Of a stretch of 64,000 nt of DNA, positions 23,276-44,346 are shown piece by piece (the stretch's first letter is position 1; each line of letters starts with the position of its first letter). Made by a program: the position numbers and the translations under genes. The notes beneath the pieces were generated by a model. The model was not told the DNA's origin. It saw nothing but the letters and a program-made list of their open reading frames with translations, and made no database searches. This DNA is from the human T2T-CHM13v2.0 reference genome, Homo sapiens, in assembly GCF_009914755.1 (NCBI RefSeq), contig NC_060927.1; one strand, written 5' to 3'.

Positions 23276-23615
23276 CAGTCACAAAGAAGAAACTCACCTG
23301 AGCTGGACAGCCTAGCTGTCTAGATGTGAGGAGATAGCCTTTGGCATTGTATTTATGAAAAATGAAAATTCAGTTGGAAATCCTAACTTCAAAAATTTAA
23401 AGTTCTATTTTAATTTCTAATGCATCAGTAAATAGTCTCACAAAAATATCACGAATATGCGGAGGATATTTCTCAGAAATAACAGTTTCAAACTTTGTGG
23501 TATGGAGAAGGGAGAGAAGGGTCACTCAAAAGTAGCCAGCTGACTGAGAGCTTGAAATTTTATAGTTTCTTCAAATTTGGACTTCGTAATTAAAAAAAAA
23601 AAATTGGTTGTTTCT

Positions 23616-24312
<697 letters not shown>

Positions 24313-24403
24313 TTATTTGGTCTTGATGGCAGCAAAGGAGCAGTGAGGCATATGTTTCACATTTCTTGATGGGATCTTCTCTGGCCCCTAGCCTGCTGGC
24401 TTT

Positions 24404-24695
24404 TTGAAATGAAAGAAATACAAGTGCCAACAAGGGCCCTGAGTGAATGCAGCCTAACCTGCACTCATCACGTGCAGCAGCAGCTGCAGCCTCTGAAAAG
24501 GGCTGATCTCAAGTTGCATGTGGCCAGGAGGCAGAGCTGGGAGGTCAGCACAGAAGCTGGCCCTCATCCTGTCCTAATTCTGTTTTGAATGGAACATGTG
24601 ATCACTCTGGCATCCCAAGGAGAAGTAGCAGAGGGCACAGGACTTAGTGCTTCCAAAGTTGATAGGAGTCTTGAAGGACATCCCAGATGTGAAAA
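24404..24695. repeat. Copy 1 of an old duplicated unit of about 290 bp
   Basis: co-linear similarity to 26286-27214, including identical 32-bp and 29-bp blocks. Confidence 0.9.
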
Positions 24696-24896
24696 TGCTC
24701 CATTAACTGCGATGCATTGGACAATCACCAGGCGAGATTTCTGTTTGTGTTTCTTTTATAGTGTGGCTGACCTTATAAAATAAATACTGCTTCCTTGGCA
24801 AAAGAATTTAAGTTCCCTCCAAGAGCTAGGGCACCCTGATGCCCTGGAACATGCCTTCGGCTTGACTCACAAGTCAACACGAGGTTTGGATTCTAA

Positions 24897-25296
<400 letters not shown>

Positions 25297-25581
25297 AAAC
25301 TGATGGATTCTAAAGGGAATTGGACATATTGAGGTGCAGAACAAACTGGTATGCAGAGAAAAGAACACTAATTAGAGTCACCGTCACCGGGACTCTGCCT
25401 CTCTATATTACTCTTCTTTTCTTCTCAGTTGGCTGTTCCCAAAACGGGCTCAAGCAGCTGCAGGCAGGCATTGTACTAATTTCACGGTGAGCAAAAGGAA
25501 AGATTATTTTCCCTCATGGTTCCAGAAGAAGTTGCAGAATTAAATCTCATTGTCTAAGATTAACTTGGTTGGGACACATGC

Positions 25582-26067
25582 AGTAGTGGATGTTTTGGCA
25601 CTCCACTCAGATCCCTTTTATCAGCTGGTGCACCCCTTCCATTCTTTACCCTTTCCCCCACTCCCTGCAGCTATTTTGAGGCTGTGGCCAGCAGTTTAAA
25701 CCTGTGACCTTGGTTTATGAGAGGTGTTTTAGGTTGTCAAAAGCCTCCTAGCCTAGGGATGCCGGGGAAGTTACACTGTCTCAATATATAGACTAATAAC
25801 TAATAGATATGGAGTTTCTTAACAGGCTAACCTCCTTGCTTCAAGGCAGAAACAACTCTGTAGTGTAATTTGTGTTCCAGAGGCAAGCTTCCCTCTCCAC
25901 ACACAAAACCAGACCAAGACTAGATTTTACCTGACATCAGGTCGTTACTTGGCTCCTTCTCCTTCTCTATCTTGCTCCCTTACAGGTTTCTCTAAGAGCA
26001 TTCCCTGCCTTTCTTACATCTGAATCCTTGCCTCAGGCTCTGCTTCTAGGGAACTTCATCCAAGACA
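25582..26067 (+). mobile_element. LTR16-family ERVL solo LTR
   Basis: GTAGTGGATG…CTCAGATCCC start; CTCAGGCTCTGCTTCTAGGGAAC…CAAGACA end. Confidence 0.65.
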
Positions 26068-26285
26068 CATTTCTGAACCAGTCATTGAAGGAGTGGCTAA
26101 GTGTTTCTTAGGGACAAACCAGGTAATATGCCCATCTACACCTCATAAACCTGAATTACTGAATGTTTCATGGAGGACTTTGGTTTGTTTAGTACTATAA
26201 CCCCAATATTCAAAATAATTCATTTACTTGTATTACGAAAATAAATCAAGGAAAGAATGGACTGAGTGTGTGTGTGTTTGAATCC

Positions 26286-27214
<929 letters not shown>

Positions 27215-27251
27215 AAAATATTTTTTTCCCAAGAAAATTTGTGCGTGTGAA

Positions 27252-27254
<3 letters not shown>

Positions 27255-27290
<36 letters not shown>
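27255..27290. repeat. (TG)n microsatellite
   Basis: direct reading. Confidence 0.95.
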
Positions 27291-27293
<3 letters not shown>

Positions 27294-28493
27294 ACTGTTA
27301 CCAGAAGAAAGGGGATTGAATGTAGGAATGTGGAATGATAACTATGCACTACAACGATAAACAAGCGGAACTGAACTTAAAAACCAAAGCTTTCACTCTG
27401 CCAAAGACCAAATTTTTGTTAATGACCATACATGCCAAGCATTTGTGATTCTAAGCACTGCTTTCACTTTAGGATTAAAAAAATATCCTAGGAAGTGTGT
27501 TTGTTGCTTATTTGTTATCTGGTGAGTAATGGAATTACTTCAAGTAGATAATGAAAATCCGCTTTTTATTTAATATAAGAATTGCAGAGAGCAGAAACTA
27601 AAATCCTGTAAACAATTTCTTGCTGAGTCATTCACCCTTGCTCAAGACAAGCTTTCACTTTGCACTGAATTTTAATGTGATGTTTCTTCATCTTCCCCCA
27701 CCTTCTGTACCATAGTCAGCTAGTCAGTAATTTCTCTTTGACCAGAGTGATACTGTCCTCCCAGAATGGTCAGGCAGACAGCTGAGACATTTCTAGGGAT
27801 CTCCATACTTTTTCACTTCCAAGGATCCATTCATGATCTTTCTCCCAAGGATCCATGGGTGTAAGACCTCATTGCAACACAAACTATGCGTCTGGAAAAT
27901 AATTAATTTGTGTCCTCAAAATTTATTAATTGTAGTAACCATGCTGGTATAATTCTAGCACAAACTAAAGCAGTTTTTTAGTTACTTTTAAAAGCACTCT
28001 CATGAGTTAAAGCGGGATTTCTATCAAGCTTTCTGAAATAATGAAAATGTTGGAAGTCATTAAATAACTTTATTCCAGGGAGATATATGTTTGCAAAGAT
28101 AATTCTGGTTTGGGTAGGAGAAAAGCCAAGTCAGGGAGATCTGCCAGAAGACTGTTTTGGTAGTCCAAAGAGAGAGAGATTTGTTAATAAAGAGAAGCAT
28201 GAGAAATGCCCTTTGGAGTAAAATTGACTACCTCAGAGTGTCTAGCTTCACTGTGCTAAATAAGGCAGGACCTGCTGTGCAGAGACCAAAACTAACAAGT
28301 CTCTCAGAACCACTGTACTCAGCATCTCCCCTGAACAGTCTGTGTAGCTGTCACCAGGTGGCACGTGGTAGGAATCTGGGTCATGCTGTGTAACCTTCCT
28401 GGTTAGGCCACGAAGAAGTGAGAGAAGTGCAGTCCATATGATTTGGTCCATAAATACAAAACTTCTCCTTGATATGAATTAACCAACTACTAA

Positions 28494-28858
28494 CAGGGCC
28501 AAATGATAACATTCATGAGCTTTGGGCAGTTTTGAATCTGTGGGCCCTTCCCTCCATAATAAATATTAAAAATTATATTTTATAACTGCATTGGTATAAA
28601 GATGAATATAATCCATGCTGGTTTCTTTTTTTTTATTGTGGTAAAATATACATAACATTTCCCATTTTAACCATTTTTAACCATACAGTTCAGTGGCTTT
28701 AAGTACACTGGATTCTTTTTATATGTTTATTATTATTTATTTATTTTTATTTATTCTGATTTTAAAAGAAATTAAAATTAAAACATTCTGCAGGCCCTTA
28801 AAAGTATCTCGGTCCCTAGATACTGTGCTAGCTGTACCTAATGGATGAGTTGGCCATG
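28494..28858 (-). mobile_element. hAT-Tip100-type non-autonomous DNA transposon (ORSL-like) with a short L1 3' fragment inserted at about 28622-28690
   Basis: termini CAGGGCC…GGCCATG; 8-bp TSD-like flanks ACTACTAA / ACTATTAG. Confidence 0.65.
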
Positions 28859-29351
28859 ACTATTAGATGGCAAAAAAAGGGCAAGAAAGAGCAAATTTGA
28901 AATGTACTCAAACTCATTTTACAGTTCACACACACAAAATGACATTCCAACTTGCTTTTCCTTTCTGCAGGGAGACATTAATCCTAGGAAGCAGTGTGTT
29001 TACTGGATGGAACACAGGACTATGGCACACTGAGATCAAGCATTATTTTTGTCCCATACTAGGTATGTATCATACTCAGCACAATGTGGAGCTCAGACAG
29101 GCCCATGCGAGGAGCCCAAGGGGGTCAGTGCCAGCAGACTCAGAAACAGCACCAGCTCCAGGCTAAGAGGTTGGGGCAGAGACTCCAGATGAAGGCCAGG
29201 ACAGCTCCCAGGGGTCCAATAGGAATAATCCAAAGTTCAGTAGGGGACATATGTACCAATCATAGCCACAAACTAGAGAATGGAAACAAATAAACAAAGG
29301 AGGGAACTGAGGCAAGAAGACCAAATGCCAGTCAGGCCCGCTTGAGCCTCT

Positions 29352-29924
<573 letters not shown>

Positions 29925-30025
29925 TAAACCTTTTTGCCTGTTTCCAGCTTCTTAGTAGCCTCACCCTTTTTCCTGTTCTAGTACTAGATGATTGAAATTC
30001 AGAGATTAATGCTCAAGTTTTAGAG

Positions 30026-30690
<665 letters not shown>

Positions 30691-31178
30691 TACCTTACTC
30701 ACCTCTCCAGGGCCCAGGTACTGTCCATTACTGAGGCTGCTTGAAGCTGAACTTCAGGCCTCCCAAGCCATCCCCTTGTGGCTAGGTCTGAACAAAGCCT
30801 TTGAGCACTAAGTCTTCCACAGCACATCTCCCGATGGTGACCATGATCCAATGAGTAGTTTTCCCTGTTACTCATCTGCCTCCTGATAGATGTACTACAT
30901 CTGGAGATGTGGAATTCCTCTGCCAAGATGTGCTTCTGCCCTTTTGGGACATTGACTAGATAGTCCAGAGGTGCCTGCCTCCAAGGATCCAGTCATTTAC
31001 AGGCTGAAAGGCTGAAGAGGGGAAGCATCAGCTGGAAGTTCTTGCCAAGAAGGAGGAACCAAGAGAGCATGGGAACTGGAAACCATGGAGATAGCACAGA
31101 CTGTGTGCCCACCTGCCACTGCCACAGGACACCCCCTATAAAATCCACCTTCTATGTCTCTTCATAAATGGGCTCTGT

Positions 31179-31347
31179 GGCTGGGAGCAGTGGCTCATGC
31201 CTATAATCTCAGCACTTTGGGAGGCCAAGGCGGGTGGATCATGAGGTCAGATCCTGGCCAAGATGAAAAAGAAAAAAGAAAAAAAGAAAAAGAAAAAGAA
31301 AGAAAAGAAAGAAAAAGAAGAAGATAGCAAAAAGAAAAAGAAAAAAG
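31179..31347 (+). mobile_element. Short Alu 5' piece with (GAAAA)n tail
   Basis: TSD AAATGGGCTCTGT at 31166-31178 and 31348-31360. Confidence 0.85.
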
Positions 31348-31529
31348 AAATGGGCTCTGTGTTTCCTCTATAAAACATCTCAAATACAACAGGTATCGAA
31401 TAGAATGAGCTTTTAAAACAGTTCTACATGGTTTTGCTCACAGTAGGTTGAAACAATTCCACCAAAATGATATATAAATGGAATGAAGAATTAAAGAGTA
31501 GTGCCATTTTCTGGTTATTTTCCTGAGTC

Positions 31530-32070
31530 AGTTCTAATATCACCCACTCTGCAATATCTTTTCCCCTTCCCCTCCCCTATCACTAAATACTGTCATTTGT
31601 ACCAACGAAATATCCCTGGGACCTCTGCACTTCATTCCCAGGGCCTCTGCTTTGATTCAAGCAGGTTGGCCCGCTCACAGCTCCCCAGTGTCTCTGACCA
31701 TCTCCTCGCAGCTGTCAGGGGGAAGGTTCTAAACACAAATCAGTGCATCTCACTTTCCAGCTTAAAATCTCTCAGGGGTTCTCACTATCTCCAAAGTAAA
31801 AGCTACATTTCCTCACTTGATCCCAGAGTCCTGCTGACACCTGGCCCTGCTCCCTCTCCAGCCTCATCTTGTGCTTATACTCCCATCACATATAATTGCC
31901 CATAGAGCCTCAAAAGATCCCCTATGTTTTCTGCCTCTCAGCTTTGGCTCTTGCTATTTCTCTGTACCTGGAATCCACTTTTCCCCCTTGTGAAACTCCC
32001 CTCAGCAAACTACTACTCATCCTTCAAGACCCTATCCAAGTGATTCCAGATCAATGAAGCCTCCTCTGTC
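31530..32070 (+). mobile_element. L2 fragment
   Basis: CTGGCCCTGCTCCCTCTCCAGCCTCATCT…CCTGGAAT…CTACTCATCCTTCAAGACC…GAAGCCTCCTCTG. Confidence 0.65.
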
Positions 32071-32368
32071 TACCCTGCAAGGGAATAGCATGGGGCAAAA
32101 TGACTACATGCCAGTTCCTTGTAGGCTGAGTACCAAAGAGAGATGGGGCTCTGACCATGGGTAGGGATCAAAGGAATAGATCGGAAGTTGCAAACTCAGA
32201 ACTTACCCAGTCCTTATTCTGTCTCCAGAAGTGTTTTCTTTGTCAGGCATGGGTTTTAATTTTTTAATTTTGAGCAGCTGTTCTTCAGGTCTCAATTTAT
32301 GTTACATTGTTGGTCCCGGAAGGCCTCTGGGTAAGTGGGTGAAAGGGTTGTGGGAGGGGAACTGTTAA

Positions 32369-32715
<347 letters not shown>

Positions 32716-32828
32716 CTATGTAAGTATTTGCTGTTTTTGGTTTTTGGACAGTACCATCCCTCCAATATACAAGGAAGAGTGTGGTGCTCTACTACTTGGT
32801 ATACGTATGGCCCCAACCATAGGACTTC

Positions 32829-33067
<239 letters not shown>

Positions 33068-34359
33068 GGACTTCTTACAAGTTCAGTTAGAGGCACCCAT
33101 GAGAGTAACCATGCTCAAAGCTAATGGTACAAACAGAGCCTCCTCAACAAGATCTGCCCCTTGCTGCCTGGGTATGTAGCTGGAAGGGCTAGGGCTGAGT
33201 GCTCACAAACTGGCCATCAGTGGCACAAGCCTGGCCACCATCAAGCCCTGTTCTACCTCTCTGTCATCTGTGTATCACAGGCTGAAATTGGTGTGCCATG
33301 TTTACTTAATTGAGAAAGAGAGAAGGCAATTTGATTTTTATCCTGCTGGTAGAGTCCTGCATCTTTTTCTGTATCCAAATAAGTCAGAACCAAGGCAGAA
33401 GCTTGCACAAAGCTTCCCAGGGAGCTCAAATACTCTCATGCTGCTTCCCCCTCCCCTCATTGCTTGGCCCCTTCTGTTCTTTGTATGTGCTTCTGTCATA
33501 GCACGTGGCACACTAGTATACCAAATGTTTTCCAGTCCAAAACGCTATAGATTGTAAGACATCTTTTAATCTATTAATTTAATAATAGATATCTGTGTCG
33601 GGGGAATCCATAACATTAAATGAACTCATCTATTCATGCATCTGACTTTGGAAGCTTTAAAATGTTTTTTAAAAGCGTCTTTAAATTGAGGAACTAAGTC
33701 AATGATTTTTTACACTGTTTCTCTTCAACAGACTGTGAACTTGGTGAAGTCAGGGACAGTATATTTTTGTCCCTCTCCTCCCCAACTCCCCACCCCCAGG
33801 CCATGCCTGTTGGTGTCCTGAATGAATGTTTCATTTGGAAATTTTTCTAGAAGCTCTCTTGGTTACTATGGTAACCCAAAATTGGCTTCAAAGCCCTGTG
33901 TACCAAGGGAAGCCCTGCTGAGGATGGCTGCCTGCTGACCTGGACTCTGAACCAGGCTGCATATGCTGACCTCCCTTCCTGGGCAAACAGAAAAATGATG
34001 GAAATGAAACACTTTTGATAAAAACTGCAGAGATGACAGCTTTGCTAATATAAAAAAATTTATTTTACATAATTCTGTTGACAATTTTCAAACTTTTTTA
34101 CCAATGCAAAAAAAAAAAAAATCTGACCTCTCAAAGTCTTTTCTCGGTGAGCCCCTAGACAATTTGAACAAAGGACCCTTAGTGGAGAGTTAGAAAATCT
34201 ATTCTCATGGTTCAGTAATTTGCTGAACTTCTGTTGAATCCATTTATTCTCTGAAAATATAAAGATTCCAGCTAAGAAATAATGCATATAAATACAATAA
34301 TAGTGTCATTTCCCAGGTGCCTATTCATGCTCCAGGTACTTCACATAGACTTACTTGAC

Positions 34360-34613
34360 AAACACTGATATATCATTTACTGTGTACTAAGCCCCTTTCT
34401 ATGTTCTTTACACACATTAATTCATTTGATTCTTATAACAAGCCTATGAAGCAGCTTATATTGTTATTCACATTCAATTGAGGCATAGAATTGAGGCATA
34501 GAGGTTAAGTAACTTGCTCAAGTTCACATAGCTAGTAAGCTCTAGAGACCAAATTCAAACCCAGGGTGCTTGGCTCCAGAATCTGTGTTCCTCACCAAGT
34601 TGCTACACTGCCT
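34360..34613 (-). mobile_element. MIR
   Basis: TGAGGCATAGAGGTTAAGTAACTTGCTCAAGTTCACATAGCTAGTAAG core. Confidence 0.8.
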
Positions 34614-34798
34614 TTTTTAATCTTTTCAATAATCCAGTAAAATAGTGACATCTATTTTATTGAATTGTACCAATTGAACAGATTGGATACTCAAGTTTAG
34701 TCAGGTAACATGTCTCCATAGCTTCTCTGCTTCTGACCACATTCTGCCCTGGGAAAATTCTGGAAACACTCCTAAGGGTTATTAGAATCAACTTTCCA

Positions 34799-35166
<368 letters not shown>

Positions 35167-35522
35167 TCAAAGTTATTTTTAGGAGTCTAGGAGCCCCACA
35201 TGCACAGAGACAAATTATTTTTAAGTGATGCTGTAAGGCATGCACTGGCAGGAATTGAATATGCAAACATGAGTTCAATTAATTAGAAGAGAGTGTTTCT
35301 TTTAAGAACACAAAATAACTGCTGTTTGAAGTGTGAGCTCGTAATCAGGAATACTGTAACTTAAATGCCTAAAGCATTTGAACTATATTAGCCTAAGAAA
35401 GTGCTCTTGGGATATGGAAGAGTATTGTCTTCCACAGACCTGTCAGTTGGGAGAAGATATAATACCCTAAAGCTGGTTCCACTCCCCTAGGTGTAACTTT
35501 GAGTAGGTTGAACATACAATAG

Positions 35523-35636
35523 TAGGGTAACCAACCATCCTGATCGACCTGGGACTATCCAGGTTTTAGCACAGAAAGTCCCCCATACTAATGAAACCTC
35601 TTAGTCCTAGAAAAACTGGGATGGTTAGTCACCCTC
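35523..35636. mobile_element. MER81 (hAT-Blackjack MITE)
   Basis: inverted termini TAGGGTAACCAACCATCC … GGATGGTTAGTCACCCT. Confidence 0.8.
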
Positions 35637-35654
35637 AATTGAGAACCAGTTATG

Positions 35655-36660
<1,006 letters not shown>

Positions 36661-36855
36661 AAAACAATAATAAAAGGGCTTGGCTTATAGAATCTTAAAT
36701 CAGTGGTCATCAAACATTTTGACTCACATATTCTCTAAAATAATTTGAAAACTACGTATCTCCTTGCATTTTTTAAGTTGACATTTAACATTTTTATCAT
36801 AAGTTTAATCATTGCAAACTATATAGTTTCTGGCACTTTAAAAATACAGACATTT

Positions 36856-37152
36856 GGCCGGGCGCGGTGGCTCACGCCTGTAATCCCAGCACTTTGGGAG
36901 GCCGAGGCGGGCGGATCACAAGGTCAGGAGATCAAGACCATCCTGGCTAACACGGTGAAACCCCGTCTCTACTAAAAATACAAAACATTAGCCGGGCGAG
37001 GTGACGGGCGCCTGTAGTCCCAGCTACTCGGGAGTCTGAGGCAGGAGAATGGCATGAACCCCAGGGCGGGGAGCCTGCAGTGAGCCGAGATCGCGCCACT
37101 GCACTCCAGCCTGGGCGACAGCGAAACTCCGTCTCAAAAAAAAAAAAAAAAA
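36856..37152 (+). mobile_element. Young AluY (AluYe-like)
   Basis: nearly full CpG complement; GAACCCCAGGGCGGGGAGCCTGCAG and GCGACAGCGA variants; TSD AGACATTT. Confidence 0.85.
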
Positions 37153-37249
37153 TAGACATTTTAAAAATAAGTCATTATATAACTTTTAAATAAATCCAGT
37201 GGAATCTAAATAACAAAGCAATTCAATATTTGATATCCTCCCCATCAAC

Positions 37250-39717
<2,468 letters not shown>

Positions 39718-40639
39718 TAGAACCATCTTGCACTTGAATCCTTTGGAAAGTCTTCACATGCTTCTAAGGCTACACACATTCCTCAGGTGGAGGACCATTG
39801 TCTTAGGACATATTATTGCTGTCCTGTGTGGGAGCAAGAATGGGAACGTCTACCTCTCAGGTCCGGAATAAACTTTCTAAACAAGAATTTTCTAAGAAAA
39901 GGAAATCCCTTCTTGTATCTTGCCATGTTGGCCTTGCCTTAACCTTGAAATGCTTGTCTTGGGGGTATTCCTTCTGCACCTTGAGTTTTTCTCTCTGTAT
40001 ATGATCCTTATTGAGCTCCATTTCTTAGCCTTGGGTCCTTCCTTGGTGGCTGTCCTCTTAGATGAAAAATACTAAGGGATTTCTTTTCTATCTCTATCCT
40101 GATTCACAGGGATTGACCCCAGGAAAAGATTCCAAGATAGTCATTATCTTTGGTGGAGGAGGGACAGATTCTTGTTTTGGACCTACAGAAAAGGATATGA
40201 GAGATCCCTAAGTCTGATCAAGTAAGTCTTCAAGCTGGGTGCACAACACAAATTTCCCCAATTCTGACTATCCGCACACCTCTAAATGCTCCCTTCACAC
40301 CAACTCTCCCAGAGACCTGGAAATGTTTTAAATAGCAGAGAATCTATTTGGCAGAAGGGTGGAAAAATGTATTGAAAGAGTCAAGGCTAAAAGCAGTGAG
40401 ACTATTTAGGAGAACTTTGTGACCACTTAAAAGACCTTTATGGCCTGTGCAAGAGATAATGATAGCCTAAACTCAGGCAGGAGCAGAGGGGATGGAAGGA
40501 ATGTGTTAACTTGGGAGATGTTAAAGAAGTGGAAACGATTTACTCAACTTATGACTGATTGGATGAAGGTGATGACAGAGGGTATGGTTTAGGATGAGTT
40601 CCATTTTTCTGATATGGGCAACTAGATAAATTGTAGTAC

Positions 40640-41045
40640 TGATATGGTTTGGATCTGTGTCCCCATCCAAACCTCACGTTGAATTGTAATCCCCAATGTT
40701 GAAGATGGGAGGTAATTGGATCATGGGGGCAGTTTCTTATGGTTTAACATCATCCCCCTTGGTGCTGTCATGGCAATAGTGAGTTGTCGTGAGATCTGGT
40801 TGTTTAAAAGTGTGTGACACCCCTCCCGTCCTGCTCCTACTCCAGCCACGTAAGAGAAGCCTGCATCCCCTTCGCCTTCTGCCATGATTGTTAAGTTTTC
40901 TGAGGCCTTCCCAGAAGCCAAGGAGGTGGCCAGCATCATGTCTCCTGTACAGCCTGCAGAACTGTGAGCCAATTAAACCTCTTTTCTTTATAAATTACCC
41001 AGCCTTAGGTATTCCTTTATAGCAGTGTGAGAATGGACTAATACA
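40640..41045 (+). mobile_element. MSTA-type MaLR solo LTR inserted into an L2
   Basis: TGATATGGTTTGGATCTGTGTCCCCA…GGACTAATACA; TSD AGTAC/AGTCC; L2-like sequence on both sides (about 40370-40635, 41050-41450). Confidence 0.9.
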
Positions 41046-41433
41046 AGTCCCATTCACCCATTAGGCACAAAGTAAAAATGAATTTGAGGAGAAGATGGCA
41101 AGTTCAATTTTTGCATGATTAATTGGAGGGAGCTGCTGGATAGACAGGAATACTTATAAAGTAGGTGGTTCAATACATGGGTCTGGAGCCCAGGAAAGGG
41201 CTCTGAATTAAAGATACAAATTTAGGAATCAGTAGTGTATAGGTGTAAATTCAAGCCATGAGAGAGGATTAAATTACCCAGAGAGAGGGTATAGAAAGGG
41301 ATGAGAAGAGTGCTAAGTGCAGAATGCTTAGAAAAACAAACACAAGTCTGGGTAAGGTAGAGACACCAGCCAAAGAGATGTTGAAAACAGAAGAGAGGGA
41401 GGAGAGCTTCCAGGAACACGTACATTGTCCTAG

Positions 41434-42084
<651 letters not shown>

Positions 42085-42344
42085 GGAGTGTATCTTTCCT
42101 AAATAAATGCAAAAAAAATTAAAAGTTTTTTCAATCCTATTGCCCCATTAGTGACTCCCCCATTTCTTTCTTTTGTCTACATGCTAAACTTCTTGAAAGA
42201 GTTGTTTTCCATTTCTGTCTCCAATTCCTCATCTCCAACTCTTCTCTTAGAATCCAGCCATGTAGTTTCTGCCTTTTCCATTCTACTGACCTTGACCTCT
42301 CAAGGATCTTCAGAATATATTACCAATGGCTTTTTCTCATCCCA

Positions 42345-42755
42345 GGCTTTTGGAGATGATGCAAAGAAGCACCAGTAGGGGTGTAGGGAAATGAGAAAGA
42401 AAAGAGAAGGGAGATAATAAATGGTGTATTTTCAAGTCAGTTACCACTGTGGGCAACTGGAGCTTAATTCTGCTGGGGAACTCTCAGAGTCTGTGTACAG
42501 CATAGGCTCAGAGTTATTCTAAGGGGTAAGGAATCTGGCATATATACATACCAACTCTAGTCAGTCCTTGATTGAGGGTTGCTGCATTTGGGTGAGGATG
42601 AGGAAGCATTAATTCCCCTGTACTTCTGGCTTGACGGTGCTGAGGCAGAATAGAATCCAGTGACTAAAGGTCCTAAGACATTAGGAGTCAGGAGTCCTGC
42701 CCTGTGCGATAAGACCTGAGAAGTTATGGACAGGACACTAAATGGGTCTGCCACA
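42345..42755 (-). mobile_element. LTR33-like ERVL LTR
   Basis: GTTACCACTGTGGGCAACTGGAGCTTAATTCTGCTGGGGAACTCT…TGATTGAGGGTTGCT. Confidence 0.6.
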
Positions 42756-43468
42756 TCCCTTCTGGGTCTCCCCAACATATTTTACTCTGCCATACACTCT
42801 TTCTTGAAGTATTCTCTTTCTTTGATTCCTGTCCTGGTACCCTAACCTGGTTCCTATTCCCATCTTTGCCCTCTCTTCACCTTGAATAGTTACTTTTTTC
42901 TTTCTTCTACGTCTTAAACAGGAGCAAACTGGAAGGTGGAACTCCAGTTGTCAGTCCTCTGTTCTTTGTTTCTTTACAGACTCACTTGATTATTTTTCTA
43001 ACTTCACTCCCTCAACTCTCGCTTTTATGCAGATTACTCCCAGTGTGTTGTATATAATTAAGCTCAATGACTTAGCTGTTAAGATCAAGATTTATTTGAA
43101 GGTCTTCAGAAAAAAAAAAGACTTTGGCTATCTTTTATAACTCAACAGACTGAAAAATCTATAAATGTCTGCTGGGAGTCATTCAAGAATTACACTTCCA
43201 GCTGACAGTGTGAGAAGCAGGCTCAATATATGACTCAGCTTGCAATCAATAGAGCATTATGCTTCAAGGAAATAGGAAAGTCTCACACCAATTTAGAATT
43301 TGTCGCTAAATTTAGTCTGACTCTTTGTCCAGAAAGAAGTGCAGCTCCCTACTGTCAAAAGCTGAGCTCTTGGGATTTTTTTGCCTATTTCCTGGGCAGA
43401 GCTATAATTAACAATGTTTGCTCTCAAGAAAAGCAGCATGACGTGTGTCCTTAAATCAAGCCTGTGTA

Positions 43469-43508
43469 AGTGAGTGAGTGTGTGTGTGTGTCTGTGTGTG
43501 TGTGAGAG

Positions 43509-43539
<31 letters not shown>

Positions 43540-43540
43540 C
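43469..43540. repeat. (TG)n(GA)n compound microsatellite
   Basis: direct reading. Confidence 0.92.
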
Positions 43541-43869
43541 AAGGAGGAGATGATCACGTGGTGATTAGGGAACGGTAGAGTGAAGGAATTGGAGCCTAAG
43601 GGAAGAATAAAAGGCTTCATCCATCCCACTGGCTTCTAGGAACTAGCGTGGAAGTGAGAGAATTTTAGATTTTTAGACTGTGCTCAATCTTTTTTCATCA
43701 TCATTTACAAATTTCTTTGGGCCTGTGTCTGATACCTAAGAGGGGAACACTGAAAATTTTACTGGAAGCTCTGGGCACGTGGGAGGGGCTTGGTAAGAAA
43801 CCCAAGAATTCTGATTCCTGATTTTTTAATGTGGCCAATTTTAAACACTTTTGGGGTTTTGTTTGTTTT

Positions 43870-44330
43870 CTTTCTAGATCTTGGAGATCTGTTTGTCCCC
43901 AGGGTTCTGAAATTTCATGAAGCTATGCCCTGGTGTGGGCAGACTTTAGAGTGCTATGCTGGCACTCCATAGGCCCTTTCAATCTGGAGACTCTAGGATA
44001 TTGTCCTGAATTGTTTTGAGGATGATTTCCTTCCCTCTGTTTTCTCTCTTCTCTTTTTCTAGACCCTGTATTTGGATGTTGGACTTCCTGACAGGTCTTC
44101 TAATTTTCTTACCTTTTCTGTCCTTTATTCCATCATTTTGTCCTTTTGTCCTATGTTGTGGGAGACTCTCTTTCAACCCATTTACTGTGTATTTGTTTTT
44201 TTAATTTTTACTGTCTAACTTTAAATTTTCAAGGCTTTCTTCATGTTCTCTGGGTATTCCTTTTCATAAACACACCATTTTCCTCTTTCATTGATGTAAT
44301 ATTCATCTCTCTGAAGATTTTTGGTGATTT
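43870..44330 (-). mobile_element. HAL1 / old L1 ORF1 remnant
   Basis: ORF 43979-44176 reads RKSNIQIQGLEKEKRENRGKEIILKTIQDNILE, resembling the L1/HAL1 ORF1 RRM start (RRSNIRIIGVPE…EENFP). Confidence 0.65.
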
Positions 44331-44346
44331 ATTTTCTTTCTTTCTG

